From positions 66,762 to 130,761 of the IMG/VR virus record IMGVR_UViG_3300025127_000013: a stretch of DNA of 64,000 nucleotides; one strand, 5' to 3'. Below the pieces are notes generated by a model, which did no database searches, was not told where the DNA came from, and was given only the letters and a program-made list of their open reading frames with translations. Below, piece after piece: positions 27,339-36,530 of this stretch (position 1 is its first letter; every line of letters starts with the position of its first letter). Position numbers and translations under genes: made by a program. The stretch comes from a virus.

Positions 27339-27341
27339 ATA

Positions 27342-27348
27342 CTACTTA
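27342..27348 (+). promoter_or_regulatory. Putative late promoter motif CTAnTTA
   Basis: TACTACTTAT directly after the terminator, 4 nt before the Smr GTG. Confidence 0.55.
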
Positions 27349-27352
27349 TTGT

Positions 27353-27589
27353 GTGAAAGTTTTAGATTTGCATGGTAAAACTTATGTTGAAGCTCGATAC
27401 TTAGTGGAAGAGTTTATGCTTTTAAATGAAACACCTATAAAAATAGTTACTGGTAATTCAGATCAAATGAAAATAATAGTAAAAGAAATTGCTGAAAAGC
27501 ATAAAATGTATTATTTCCCCGAACATTTCAGTAACTTTGGAGCCTACATAATACAAGACAAAACGATAAGTTCATCTATTTATGGTTGA
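27353..27589 (+). CDS. Stand-alone Smr-domain protein
   Basis: VKVLDLHGKTYVEA..LVEEFM...IKIVTGNS..MK..V: Smr DLHG and IxTG pattern; it is the real 3' part of track ORF 26858..27589. Confidence 0.7.
   Translation: MKVLDLHGKTYVEARYLVEEFMLLNETPIKIVTGNSDQMKIIVKEIAEKHKMYYFPEHFSNFGAYIIQDKTISSSIYG
27576..27582 (+). promoter_or_regulatory. Putative late promoter motif CTAnTTA
   Basis: CTATTTAT before RBS GAGAGGA. Confidence 0.55.
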
Positions 27590-27600
27590 GAGGATAAAAA

Positions 27601-28734
27601 ATGGCATATAATGTTTTAAAAGGTAATGTACAAGGTTCAGTAGATCAACATGGTGATCAAGAAATTGATGGTGTAAAGGTATTTAAGAATACTGTTAGTG
27701 CCAGTGTTTTCTGGGATACAGATGCCCAAAGCCCTTGTGCCACAATGAAAGATGTTGCAATCAAAAGTATTAAAGGCAATGTAAACAACGGCCTGATAGT
27801 TTGTGATAAAGAGCATGGTGCCAGAACTCATCACAACTTAAAATACGATGCAGACACTGAAACACTTTCAGCTAATACTTTATCAGCTAAAACATTTATA
27901 GGGTCAGGCATATACTTAAAAGATATTCCTAACAATGCATTTACTGGCCCAATAGATGCTAATTTTTTAAATCACGGTCTTGGATTACAAAATTTACGAG
28001 GAAATCTACAATTAAAAACAAGTAACGGTTTAGTGCTTGATGAGCAGGGTGTAGGTCTTTCGTTGGCTTTAAATTCTGGAATAACAGTCAAATCAAATAA
28101 AGTCTCTATTGACCCAACTAAACTTGAGCCGATTAATACAGAAGGACAGAACTTAAGTGATAATGATGTGATTATAGTTGCTGATGTTTCTAGAGGTACA
28201 ACTAGAAATACAACTTTGGTAAACTTGTATGACTCTTATGTCAGAACAAAAGTACCATATCCAACCGGAACACCCGGAACAATCCAATTCAAAGGTAAAA
28301 GAAACTTTGAGTCTTCTGATAATTTAACATTTAACGGTCAAACAAATACTTTAAACCTTGAGGGTACTCTTGATTCCACAACTGTGGTTAGTAAAGCTAA
28401 AATGCTTTGTCAAGGTGCAGTCCATTACAATATAACAAAAATTACTGACAATGAATACAATGTTGATAGTTCTGATTATACAATCATTTGTGATGCACAG
28501 AAAAATCATGTCAATGTTAAATTGCCGCCGGCTCAAAATAATACCGGAAGAGTGATTGTTGTAAAGAAGGCTGACTCAGGTAAAATAAAATTAACAGCTA
28601 ATAAAGTAAGTGTCACTTGCGAAGATAGCAAGATTGATCTGAACAACAGAACAGAGATTAAAATGAATTATTCGTCGAGAACTTTTCAATCTGATGGTGA
28701 AAACTGGTACATAATTGGTACCAAGGGAACTTGA
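27601..28734 (+). CDS. Fibre/decoration-like structural protein (paralogue 4)
   Basis: MAYN start; DQEIDGVKVF, GTPGTIQF, SDNLTFNG; C-terminal LPPA..NTGRVIVVKK...SDGENWYII. Confidence 0.65.
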   Translation: MAYNVLKGNVQGSVDQHGDQEIDGVKVFKNTVSASVFWDTDAQSPCATMKDVAIKSIKGNVNNGLIVCDKEHGARTHHNLKYDADTETLSANTLSAKTFIGSGIYLKDIPNNAFTGPIDANFLNHGLGLQNLRGNLQLKTSNGLVLDEQGVGLSLALNSGITVKSNKVSIDPTKLEPINTEGQNLSDNDVIIVADVSRGTTRNTTLVNLYDSYVRTKVPYPTGTPGTIQFKGKRNFESSDNLTFNGQTNTLNLEGTLDSTTVVSKAKMLCQGAVHYNITKITDNEYNVDSSDYTIICDAQKNHVNVKLPPAQNNTGRVIVVKKADSGKIKLTANKVSVTCEDSKIDLNNRTEIKMNYSSRTFQSDGENWYIIGTKGT

Positions 28735-28737
28735 TTC

Positions 28738-28744
28738 CTATTTA
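28738..28744 (+). promoter_or_regulatory. Putative late promoter motif CTAnTTA
   Basis: CCTATTTATA before RBS AAGGA. Confidence 0.6.
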
Positions 28745-28765
28745 TAAACAAAGGAACCACACAAC

Positions 28766-30487
28766 ATGGCATATAACAACAACAAAGGACCACAACACTC
28801 AGGCGACATTCAATTTGAAGGCGATCCTGATGAAACACAAATTGACTTTGAGAATGATTCTATAAAGCTTAAAACTGGTGGAACAGCCCAGTTAGACATT
28901 GGAAACACTAGAAGTGTTTTTGCCGGTGAAGTTAGCGGTTCATTATTTTCTGGTTCAACATTTCATGGAGATGGCTCAACACTTACGGGTGTTGGTGCGA
29001 TGGATTCATTTGGTTTTGGTGCAGACGGCGGTTCAACTCAAACAATAACAAATGGAAATACTGCTAGAATTGCAGGCGGGACAGGCTTGACAACAACAGC
29101 AGGTGCTACAGATACCGTAACTGTTAATCTCGATGATACATCTGTCAGTGCAGGTTCTTATACATATACTTCTTTAACTGTTGATGCACAAGGTAGATTA
29201 ACCGCTGCATCTAATGGTACCGCTCCGGCTCTTACTAGTGTTACCAATCAATCGGCTAATCGTGTAATAACCTCTGACGGTACTGGACAAGCAAATGCGG
29301 AAGCAAATCTTACATTTAATGGAACTGTATTATCCGTAACTGGTGATATTTCTGGTTCTAGCACTCTTCAAGCCGTTGGTGCCACCACTCTCGGAAACAC
29401 TTTAAATGTCAGTGGCACTGTTCAAGCAGCTCAAGCAATCACAAGCTCCTTGGGAATACATGTAACAGGTTCCAGTCCTAAATTATCTATTGGCACAAAA
29501 GGTGGTCATAGCAACCAAGACGGAATGCTCTTTGTTAGACCAACTGATGAAGCCGGCAACAATCATGTTTTGGCTTTGTTCCAAGGAGCTTCAGCAGACG
29601 GACAAAGAATTGCCTTTGCTGCCAGTGGCTCAGGCCAAGTTCTTATAGGTGGTGGACATATCGCCGGCGGTGTGCTTAGTGTTAGCGGATCGACAGCGGA
29701 AACATTAATAACTGCAAAAAGCGACTCACTTACCAATGCTTTTGAGGTTGCTGGAAATGGTAACACAAATGTTGCCGGACAACTGTCAGCATCACTTGGT
29801 ATCACTGGTTCTGATGTCGCTCTAATCAGCAATACTCCCAATCTTTTCTTATCAAATAGTGCCGGCACCGGCTTAGGATTTATAGGGTACAATACTTCAG
29901 ATAACTTACTATTGCAAAATAATGTAACCAACAAGCACATAGTTTTTAAAACTAGCGATGCGGGTTCTATGAAAGAGGGTTTGAGAATTAATGGTGCTGT
30001 GCCTGAAGTTGTGGTAAATGAAGGATCGGATTCACTTGTTAACTTCCGTGTAGAATCAAATTCTAACACACATATGGTTTTTGTAGACGGTTCTGAAAAT
30101 ACAGTTGGAATTAATACAAGTAATCCATCTAATACTTTGGAAGTTACAGGCTCATTCCTTCTTAGCGGCTCTGCCCGTGCAAGTTACACAGTTCGACCGA
30201 CGGCTGGTGCATATGCCGTGGCTGATACTGACAATGTTATTATTTTCAATAACGGTTCTACTAGCACTGCAACATTGCCAACCATAACACACAATAATAG
30301 AGGCATCCAATATTATATTAAAAATATTGGAGGAGGAGCAGTTACGGTAACAGGCTCAACAGGTCAAGAACAATTTATTGATGGACAACAAACTTTATCT
30401 CTTACTCAGGGTGATTCTGTCAAACTTATCGGACATGAGCTTTTGAGTGGCTTTGCTTGGTCGATTCTTTCATATTACAATGTATAA
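28766..30487 (+). CDS. Fibre-like structural protein (paralogue 5)
   Basis: MAYN start; AGSYT..SLTVDAQGRLTAASNG, EANLTFNG, VGINTSNP..TLEV; C-terminal YYIKNIG...IDGQ. Confidence 0.75.
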   Translation: MAYNNNKGPQHSGDIQFEGDPDETQIDFENDSIKLKTGGTAQLDIGNTRSVFAGEVSGSLFSGSTFHGDGSTLTGVGAMDSFGFGADGGSTQTITNGNTARIAGGTGLTTTAGATDTVTVNLDDTSVSAGSYTYTSLTVDAQGRLTAASNGTAPALTSVTNQSANRVITSDGTGQANAEANLTFNGTVLSVTGDISGSSTLQAVGATTLGNTLNVSGTVQAAQAITSSLGIHVTGSSPKLSIGTKGGHSNQDGMLFVRPTDEAGNNHVLALFQGASADGQRIAFAASGSGQVLIGGGHIAGGVLSVSGSTAETLITAKSDSLTNAFEVAGNGNTNVAGQLSASLGITGSDVALISNTPNLFLSNSAGTGLGFIGYNTSDNLLLQNNVTNKHIVFKTSDAGSMKEGLRINGAVPEVVVNEGSDSLVNFRVESNSNTHMVFVDGSENTVGINTSNPSNTLEVTGSFLLSGSARASYTVRPTAGAYAVADTDNVIIFNNGSTSTATLPTITHNNRGIQYYIKNIGGGAVTVTGSTGQEQFIDGQQTLSLTQGDSVKLIGHELLSGFAWSILSYYNV

Positions 30488-30529
30488 TAAATTGTGACCA
30501 TTAAAAACTGCTTTCCGTTCATAATAATA

Positions 30530-30536
30530 CTATTTA
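30530..30536 (+). promoter_or_regulatory. Putative late promoter motif CTAnTTA
   Basis: TACTATTTAT upstream of scaffold RBS AGGAG. Confidence 0.65.
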
Positions 30537-30569
30537 TTTCTGAATTATTGTCAATTTAGGAGTAAATTC

Positions 30570-31808
30570 ATGTCTAACCTTCTTAACGAATCCATCGTGG
30601 ATGCAAAAGCACTTCGCGAATCAGCATTAAAAAATGCTGAATCTGTTGTTATTGAAAAGTATGCCGATGAGGTAAAGAAAACACTAGAAAGCTTATTAGA
30701 GCAAGAAGAAGATTTAGGCATGGACACTCAACCTGCTGAAGAAGCAGTCGGAGCTAATGGTGCTGATGTGGTAGAAGATCAAAGTGATGATGTGCCACTT
30801 GCCGCAACTGACGGCTTGGGCGAAAACGAAGGCAACAATCTTAACTCTATTCAGGAAGAAGGTGAAGATGTTGAAGTTACTTTGGATTTAGGTGCCCTTC
30901 AGGAAGCAATTGAAACTTTGGCTACTGACTTAGATGAAGAAATCGATTTGACAATTGAAGAGGAAAATTTGAATGAAGGTGTGCCGGAAATGACCCGTGC
31001 AGAAGCCGAAAAGAAGTTTGATAAAATTACTGATGATGGACCCGGCGATATGTCAATCGGACATAACGGTGACAAAACTCAAATGATTAAAATTGTAAGT
31101 GAGTCCGCCACAGAAGAATTAGATGAAGAAATTGATGTTGATCCTGTGGATGATGATGCAGCGAAGGCTGCAGCAGATGCTGAACAATCAAAAGGCTTAG
31201 ATGAGGATGTTGACATGGATTCCTTGTTTAACTCTGTAATGGAGAAGCTTACCGCAGATATGAACTTTGATTTGTCTGGCTGGGCCGGCCGCCCCACATC
31301 ACAGATTAAGGACGAGAAAGAAAGAGAACTCGCCCATGAAGCCTCAACCGATAGTGAAGAAGAAGCAACACTTGAAGAAGAGCAAGAAGAACTTAATGAG
31401 TCCAACGAAGCACTTGAAAAGGCTCTCGAAAGTAATGAGAACCTTAAAGAAGAGTTGGTGAAGTATGAGTCTGCTATGGAACAACTTAAAGAAAATCTCT
31501 ATGAAGTTAACCTTTCCAATGCAAGACTTCTTTATACGAACCGTGTATTAAGAAATTCCTCCTTAAATGAGCGACAAAAAGATAAGATTGTCGAAGCAAT
31601 TTCCGGTGCGGGTTCAGTCGCAGAAGCAAAAACAATCTACGAAACACTTCAAAGCACAGTGGAGGCTAAGCCTAAGCGAAGCCCACAATCACTTAGCGAA
31701 GCAATTAGTAACAGGTCTTCTGTATTAACCGCGTCTCGTAAAGAGACCAAAGCAACTTCTCAGGATCCTTTTTCGGATCGTATGAGAAGACTAGCTGGAA
31801 TTAAATAA
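30570..31808 (+). CDS. Prohead core/scaffolding protein (gp22-like)
   Basis: Very acidic, coiled coil, many L-x-E sites, ends RMRRLAGIK, immediately before MCP. Confidence 0.8.
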   Translation: MSNLLNESIVDAKALRESALKNAESVVIEKYADEVKKTLESLLEQEEDLGMDTQPAEEAVGANGADVVEDQSDDVPLAATDGLGENEGNNLNSIQEEGEDVEVTLDLGALQEAIETLATDLDEEIDLTIEEENLNEGVPEMTRAEAEKKFDKITDDGPGDMSIGHNGDKTQMIKIVSESATEELDEEIDVDPVDDDAAKAAADAEQSKGLDEDVDMDSLFNSVMEKLTADMNFDLSGWAGRPTSQIKDEKERELAHEASTDSEEEATLEEEQEELNESNEALEKALESNENLKEELVKYESAMEQLKENLYEVNLSNARLLYTNRVLRNSSLNERQKDKIVEAISGAGSVAEAKTIYETLQSTVEAKPKRSPQSLSEAISNRSSVLTASRKETKATSQDPFSDRMRRLAGIK

Positions 31809-31841
31809 CACAAATAACATATAAAAGGAGGTGATTTAATT

Positions 31842-33650
31842 ATGTCTAGCATTATCGAAAGATTGACCGAAGGTGTTGTCAATCGTGATATGCGAGCTGA
31901 AGGTCATGCTCTTCTTTCCAAGTGGGAGAAGACAGGACTTCTTGAGGGACTTGACCAAGAGGTCTCCCGCAAGAACATGGCTCGCTTGCTTGAAAACCAA
32001 GCAAAGGAATTGCTCCGTGAGAGTTCTTCCATGGCTGGTGGCGATGTCGAAGGTTTCGCCGCTGTAGCTTTCCCAATTGTTCGTCGTGTTTTCGCTGGCC
32101 TTATTGCCAACGATCTCGTCGCCGTTCAACCTATGAGTCTCCCATCGGGTCTCATTTTCTTCCTCGACTTTACTGTTGATGGAAGCCGTCCAACCCCTGC
32201 AAAGGATGGATATGCAGCTAACACTTCGTTCTACGGTGGCGGAGTTGTTGGATCGCAAATCACTGGTGGTGTCAGCTTGTCTGGCTTCAATGCAGAAACT
32301 GGTCCTTACGGACTTAACAACGGCTATGCATCGCCAACTGGTTCGCTCTTTGTGAAGTTTGAACAATTAGTTCTCGTCGCTTCGGGTGCTGTTGGTGCTA
32401 ACGGAACTGATCCCGGTGGTGCCGATTATGATGGCTTGACCACTGCTCAGCAAACTAAGCTCGATAAGCTTTGTAGCTACGACCCAGATCTCTCTGGTTC
32501 GATGGTTGCAGTTGTTGAAATGTCTGGTTCTTCCGCATTAAGACAACTTGCTCATGCTGATTTGGTTACCATTCACGGTGTTACTAACAGCACCAATGCT
32601 GGTGTTCTTAGAGTTGTCCGTCGTTTGACTCGTCTCTCGTCTGGCTCTACCACCAATGTACCCGGTGAAGCAGATTACAAGCTCACCATGGTTCTTGCAC
32701 AAGCATCTGGTGCAGTTGCATTCGATGATGGTACTGCATCTTCACTCATGGGTATTGCTACCGGCTCCAACGGATTTGATCTTCGCTTTGCGATTAATGA
32801 TAATCTTACTGGTTCGGTTGCTCTTGGTTCCGTTATCGGTGCTAACACATTCGGTCTTGAAGGAAATGTTGATATTCCTGAAATTAACATCAAGGTCGAT
32901 TCTCTTGCTGTTACCGCTCAAACCAAGAAGCTCAAGGCTAAGTGGACACCTGAATTGGGTCAAGACCTCAATGCATACCACAACCTTGATGCAGAAGTTG
33001 AATTAACTTCGATTCTTTCCGAGCAAATCGCTCTTGAAATTGATCGCGAAATCCTTGAAGATCTCGTCGTCGGTGCAACCGCTGGTACCTTGTACTGGTC
33101 TCGCTCCCCCGGCTTGTTCGTCAACCGCGAAACTGGTGCTGAAATTGGTGCATCTTCGGCTGCCCCTGACTTCACCGGTACAGTTTCCGAGTGGTATGAA
33201 ACCCTCATTGAAACAATCAATGATGTTTCTGCTCGTATTCACCGCAAGACTCTTCGTGGTGGTGCTAACTTCATCGTCTGTGGACCTGAAGTTGCCAACA
33301 TCCTTGAGTTCACTGCTGGCTTCCGTGCTTCCGTCACTGCTGACGATGAGCGAGGTTCTGCCGGTGCGGTTAGAGTCGGTGCAATCAGCAAGAAGTTCGA
33401 TGTATATGTCGATCCATACTTCCTCCGCAGTGTGATCCTCGTTGGTCGTCGCGGAACCTCTTTCCTTGAAAGCGGTTATGTGTATGCTCCATATGTCCCA
33501 CTTCAAACTACACCAACAATCTTCGGACCTGAAGATTTCGTGCCCCGTAAGGGAGTCATGACTCGCTATGCGAAGAAGATGGTCCGTCCAGATATGTATG
33601 GATTAGTTGTCTGTCGTGGAATCATTGGAGAAGCTGGTTCAACTAGCTGA
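31842..33650 (+). CDS. gp23: Major capsid protein (T4 gp23-like)
   Basis: LLENQ, VQPMSLPSGLIFFLDF, KLKAKWTPELGQDLNAYHNLDAEVELT.ILSEQIALEIDREI, YAPYVPL, PRKGVMTRYAK. Confidence 0.97.
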   Translation: MSSIIERLTEGVVNRDMRAEGHALLSKWEKTGLLEGLDQEVSRKNMARLLENQAKELLRESSSMAGGDVEGFAAVAFPIVRRVFAGLIANDLVAVQPMSLPSGLIFFLDFTVDGSRPTPAKDGYAANTSFYGGGVVGSQITGGVSLSGFNAETGPYGLNNGYASPTGSLFVKFEQLVLVASGAVGANGTDPGGADYDGLTTAQQTKLDKLCSYDPDLSGSMVAVVEMSGSSALRQLAHADLVTIHGVTNSTNAGVLRVVRRLTRLSSGSTTNVPGEADYKLTMVLAQASGAVAFDDGTASSLMGIATGSNGFDLRFAINDNLTGSVALGSVIGANTFGLEGNVDIPEINIKVDSLAVTAQTKKLKAKWTPELGQDLNAYHNLDAEVELTSILSEQIALEIDREILEDLVVGATAGTLYWSRSPGLFVNRETGAEIGASSAAPDFTGTVSEWYETLIETINDVSARIHRKTLRGGANFIVCGPEVANILEFTAGFRASVTADDERGSAGAVRVGAISKKFDVYVDPYFLRSVILVGRRGTSFLESGYVYAPYVPLQTTPTIFGPEDFVPRKGVMTRYAKKMVRPDMYGLVVCRGIIGEAGSTS

Positions 33651-33677
33651 TCCTAGATCATAGCGAAAGTACAGTGT

Positions 33678-33705
33678 AAAGCCTCCGTTTTTTGACGGGG
33701 GCTTT
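33678..33705 (+). terminator. Stem-loop/terminator after MCP
   Basis: AAAGCCTCCGT-TTTTG-ACGGGGGCTTT inverted repeat; short U tract. Confidence 0.65.
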
Positions 33706-33719
33706 CCTGTATGACAAAA

Positions 33720-33726
33720 CTACTTA
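33720..33726 (+). promoter_or_regulatory. Putative late promoter motif CTAnTTA
   Basis: AACTACTTAT followed by a structured leader. Confidence 0.55.
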
Positions 33727-33795
33727 TGGGTAAGGCTACAATTGTAGTCTTTCCTATTATGTTTTTGACATGATTATAAATGGAGGGTTTTAAAC

Positions 33796-34251
33796 ATGGG
33801 AAGTAAAAGAATTGGCCTCGCGAGAGTAGAGGCCTTAATTGAAAATTTAAAAAGAGAAATATCAATGGGTGCAGGTACTATTTTGTCTGGACTCAAAGGA
33901 GTACAGGTGATCACTACCTCAGTAACTGCGACTGATACCGGTGCTACTATTGAAGATGGTGTGTCGTTCGTTTCAGTTGATGCAGATAGTGATGCTAATC
34001 ACATTGTTATTCTCCCAACACCAACACCGGGAACAATTATTTATCTTACAGAAACTGGCACAACTGGTTATGAGCTTAGATCAAGCGACCCGGACAATGT
34101 TGCTATTAATGGCGGTTCCGGTGCCGCTGCTGAATCCGCAGTCCCGGGCACTGCTACATATGTTAGATGTGTATGTGTTAGTGCAACCTCTTGGATTGCA
34201 AATATGTTCGATGCAGATGGCGATGAAGCCAAGCTTCCGGCCGCTGGCTAA
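33796..34251 (+). CDS. Head decoration-like structural protein
   Basis: Follows MCP; N-terminal helix RIGLARVEALIENLKRE; C-terminal VILPTP.PGT.I...CVCVSATSWIA resembles the fibre paralogue C-terminal domain. Confidence 0.6.
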   Translation: MGSKRIGLARVEALIENLKREISMGAGTILSGLKGVQVITTSVTATDTGATIEDGVSFVSVDADSDANHIVILPTPTPGTIIYLTETGTTGYELRSSDPDNVAINGGSGAAAESAVPGTATYVRCVCVSATSWIANMFDADGDEAKLPAAG

Positions 34252-34288
34252 GAGCTTATCAGGCAAACAAATAAGTTTTCATACTTTT

Positions 34289-34324
34289 CCCCCTTCCCTT
34301 TCGGGTTGGGGGTTTTTCTTTTTT
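34289..34324 (+). terminator. Rho-independent terminator
   Basis: CCCCC-TT-CCC/TTTC/GGG-TT-GGGGG then a long T tract. Confidence 0.8.
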
Positions 34325-34336
34325 GTTAATATAACA

Positions 34337-34343
34337 CTATTTA
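34337..34343 (+). promoter_or_regulatory. Putative late promoter motif CTAnTTA
   Basis: CACTATTTAC after the terminator, before RBS GAGGA. Confidence 0.6.
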
Positions 34344-34372
34344 CTTTACAGGTTTTATAGCGAGGATATATC

Positions 34373-34681
34373 ATGAACCCAAGAAAAAGATTAGCTCTCA
34401 AGCTTAAGGCAAGAGCACTTAACGAAGCAGCAGCAGCAGTTAACACTGGCACTGCTACCGGAACCACAACTGTAGATGATACTACAACTGGCACAACCGT
34501 TGGTACCTCAACTGGCACTACAGTCGGCACTACCACCGGTACAACCACCGACACGGAGACTGGTGCAACTACCGATACAGCGAGCGAAACGGTTGTAACA
34601 ACTAGAAATACTAGAAAAGCTACCAAGACAACCAAAACACGGGCCCGCAAGACAACTAAAAAGACAACTCAGAAAAAGTAA
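34373..34681 (+). CDS. Low-complexity Thr-rich protein with basic termini
   Basis: RBS GAGGA; TTTGTTVG repeats; K/R/T-rich tail. Confidence 0.65.
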   Translation: MNPRKRLALKLKARALNEAAAAVNTGTATGTTTVDDTTTGTTVGTSTGTTVGTTTGTTTDTETGATTDTASETVVTTRNTRKATKTTKTRARKTTKKTTQKK

Positions 34682-34736
34682 ACTGAAATAGTTCAAAACT
34701 AATATTTTTTTAAACCGGTCATTGATCGCTTGTTTA

Positions 34737-34743
34737 CTAATTA
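34737..34743 (+). promoter_or_regulatory. Putative late promoter motif CTAnTTA
   Basis: TACTAATTAA before RBS GAGGA. Confidence 0.55.
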
Positions 34744-34761
34744 ATTTGAGGAACCTTTTAA

Positions 34762-36036
34762 ATGCCAACTAACCTTAGCCCTAAATCTCAAACAAGTGCC
34801 ATTGTACTTACATCAACTGGTTCTGTCGATGATGTTTCATCTGCGGTGCCCTTCGGCATATATACCGGCTCTGTTGAGTTCCTAAGCGGTGCTTCAGATC
34901 AGGTTGCCTATACCTTTAAAAAGCTTGGCGGTGATGTAGTTGACATTGAGCTTACAACTGCAAATGTTTATGCTGCCTATGAAGAGTCTGTTTTAGAATA
35001 CTCTTATATTGTAAACTTGCATCAAGGCAAAAATACAATATCTAATGCACTTGGTAATGTCACTGGCACATTTGATCATCTTGGTGAAAGCATGAGTGGT
35101 CCAGTCAGTGCAAGTCTTAAATATCCAAGATTCCAAGTACAACAGGCAAAAAGAATTGGTGATGCTATGTCTGCCATGGGTGGCTATGGCGGTACAATAC
35201 AGCAATATTCCGCTTCTATTGATGGCACATCGGGACAACAGGATTACGATCTTCAAGCCGTAATAGAATCTCAATCAACTAGTGGTGTTGACGACGACGG
35301 TAATGCTGTACCATTTGCTGGAAAGGTGGGCAATAAAAGAATAATTGTTAATAAAGTTTATTATAAAACACCAAGAGCAATGTGGAGATTTTTTGGTTAC
35401 TACGGTGGAATAAATGTAATTGGTAATTATTCTACATATGGCCAGTTTGCTGATGATTCTACCTTTGAGATCATACCAACATGGCAGAACAAGATGCAAG
35501 CAATTGCATATGAAGACTCGATTTATACCAGAACTTCGCACTACTCATATGAAATAATAGATAACAAGCTTAGAATCTATCCCAGACCCGGAGACTTTGG
35601 CTTTGAGAATACTAGAAAGATATGGTTTAGATTCTACATTGATGATCAGGATGTATTTAGCACTAATACTGGATATCAAGACGGAACAGATGGTGTAAAC
35701 AACATTAATACCTTGCCGTATGGTAACATACCTTATGAGAACATTAACTCTATTGGTAAGCAGTGGATTAGAAAATATGCTCTTGCTCTTTGTAAAGAAA
35801 TGCTTGGACAGATTAGAGGTAAGTTTACTACACTGCCCATACCGGGTGAAAGTGTAACACTAAACCATTCTGAACTTTTATCACAAGCAAAGGAAGAACA
35901 ACAACAATTAAAAGAAAAACTTATGGAAATGTTCAAGGAAGTTGAATACAAAGAGCTTGTCAAGTACGATGCAGAGTCTTCCGAAGCAACCGAGAAGATA
36001 TTCAAAGCTTCTCCATTACCAATTTTTGTGGGGTGA
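34762..36036 (+). CDS. Neck/head-tail adaptor protein (gp13-like)
   Basis: LGGDVVDIELT, WIRKYALALCKEMLGQIRGKF..PIPG..VTLN..L..QAKEE; position after head genes. Confidence 0.8.
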   Translation: MPTNLSPKSQTSAIVLTSTGSVDDVSSAVPFGIYTGSVEFLSGASDQVAYTFKKLGGDVVDIELTTANVYAAYEESVLEYSYIVNLHQGKNTISNALGNVTGTFDHLGESMSGPVSASLKYPRFQVQQAKRIGDAMSAMGGYGGTIQQYSASIDGTSGQQDYDLQAVIESQSTSGVDDDGNAVPFAGKVGNKRIIVNKVYYKTPRAMWRFFGYYGGINVIGNYSTYGQFADDSTFEIIPTWQNKMQAIAYEDSIYTRTSHYSYEIIDNKLRIYPRPGDFGFENTRKIWFRFYIDDQDVFSTNTGYQDGTDGVNNINTLPYGNIPYENINSIGKQWIRKYALALCKEMLGQIRGKFTTLPIPGESVTLNHSELLSQAKEEQQQLKEKLMEMFKEVEYKELVKYDAESSEATEKIFKASPLPIFVG

Positions 36037-36041
36037 TATAA

Positions 36042-36530
36042 ATGTCAGACGAATGGAACAGACCAGAACAGCCGCCACCCCCCTTGTTTTTAGGTAAGAA
36101 AGAGAGAGACCTTGTTAAACAAGTTAATGATGAGCTTATTGAGAAAGTTGTTGGTCAGCAGATTCTGTATTATCCAATTGATATGGAACGGACAGACTTC
36201 CATGACATGTATGGCGAGGCAATTGAAAAGACATTCTTGCCACCCATAAGAATTTATGCCCTGATTAAAGTTGAAGAAGAAACAACATCTTACCTTGAAG
36301 GTGTGGGGGTTGATTCAGATGCTATGATTAATGTATACTTCCATAAGAGAAGGCTAAATGATGATCAGGATGTTTTTGCTAGGCAAGGTGACTTTGTTTT
36401 GTACGGAGAAGTTTATTACGAGATAGTTAAGTTATCATCGCCCCGTAAACTTTTTGGTCAAGTCGATCAAACATTTGAAACGATGGCTGTATGTAAACGA
36501 GCTAGAAGAGGATTATTTGATGCTACCTGA
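36042..36530 (+). CDS. Neck/head closure protein (gp14-like)
   Basis: ELIE..GQ.ILYYPI...HDMYGEA..K.F, GDFVLY...YEIV. Confidence 0.7.
   Translation: MSDEWNRPEQPPPPLFLGKKERDLVKQVNDELIEKVVGQQILYYPIDMERTDFHDMYGEAIEKTFLPPIRIYALIKVEEETTSYLEGVGVDSDAMINVYFHKRRLNDDQDVFARQGDFVLYGEVYYEIVKLSSPRKLFGQVDQTFETMAVCKRARRGLFDAT

Noticed and set aside
26858-27352. 5' part of the 243-aa track ORF
   Set aside because: It overlaps the fibre gene out of frame and crosses a terminator; only the Smr portion from GTG 27353 is credible
33660-33710. GCGAAAG...AAAGCCTCCG resembling part of a c-di-GMP-I riboswitch
   Set aside because: The rest of the aptamer is missing; explained as the hairpin after the MCP gene
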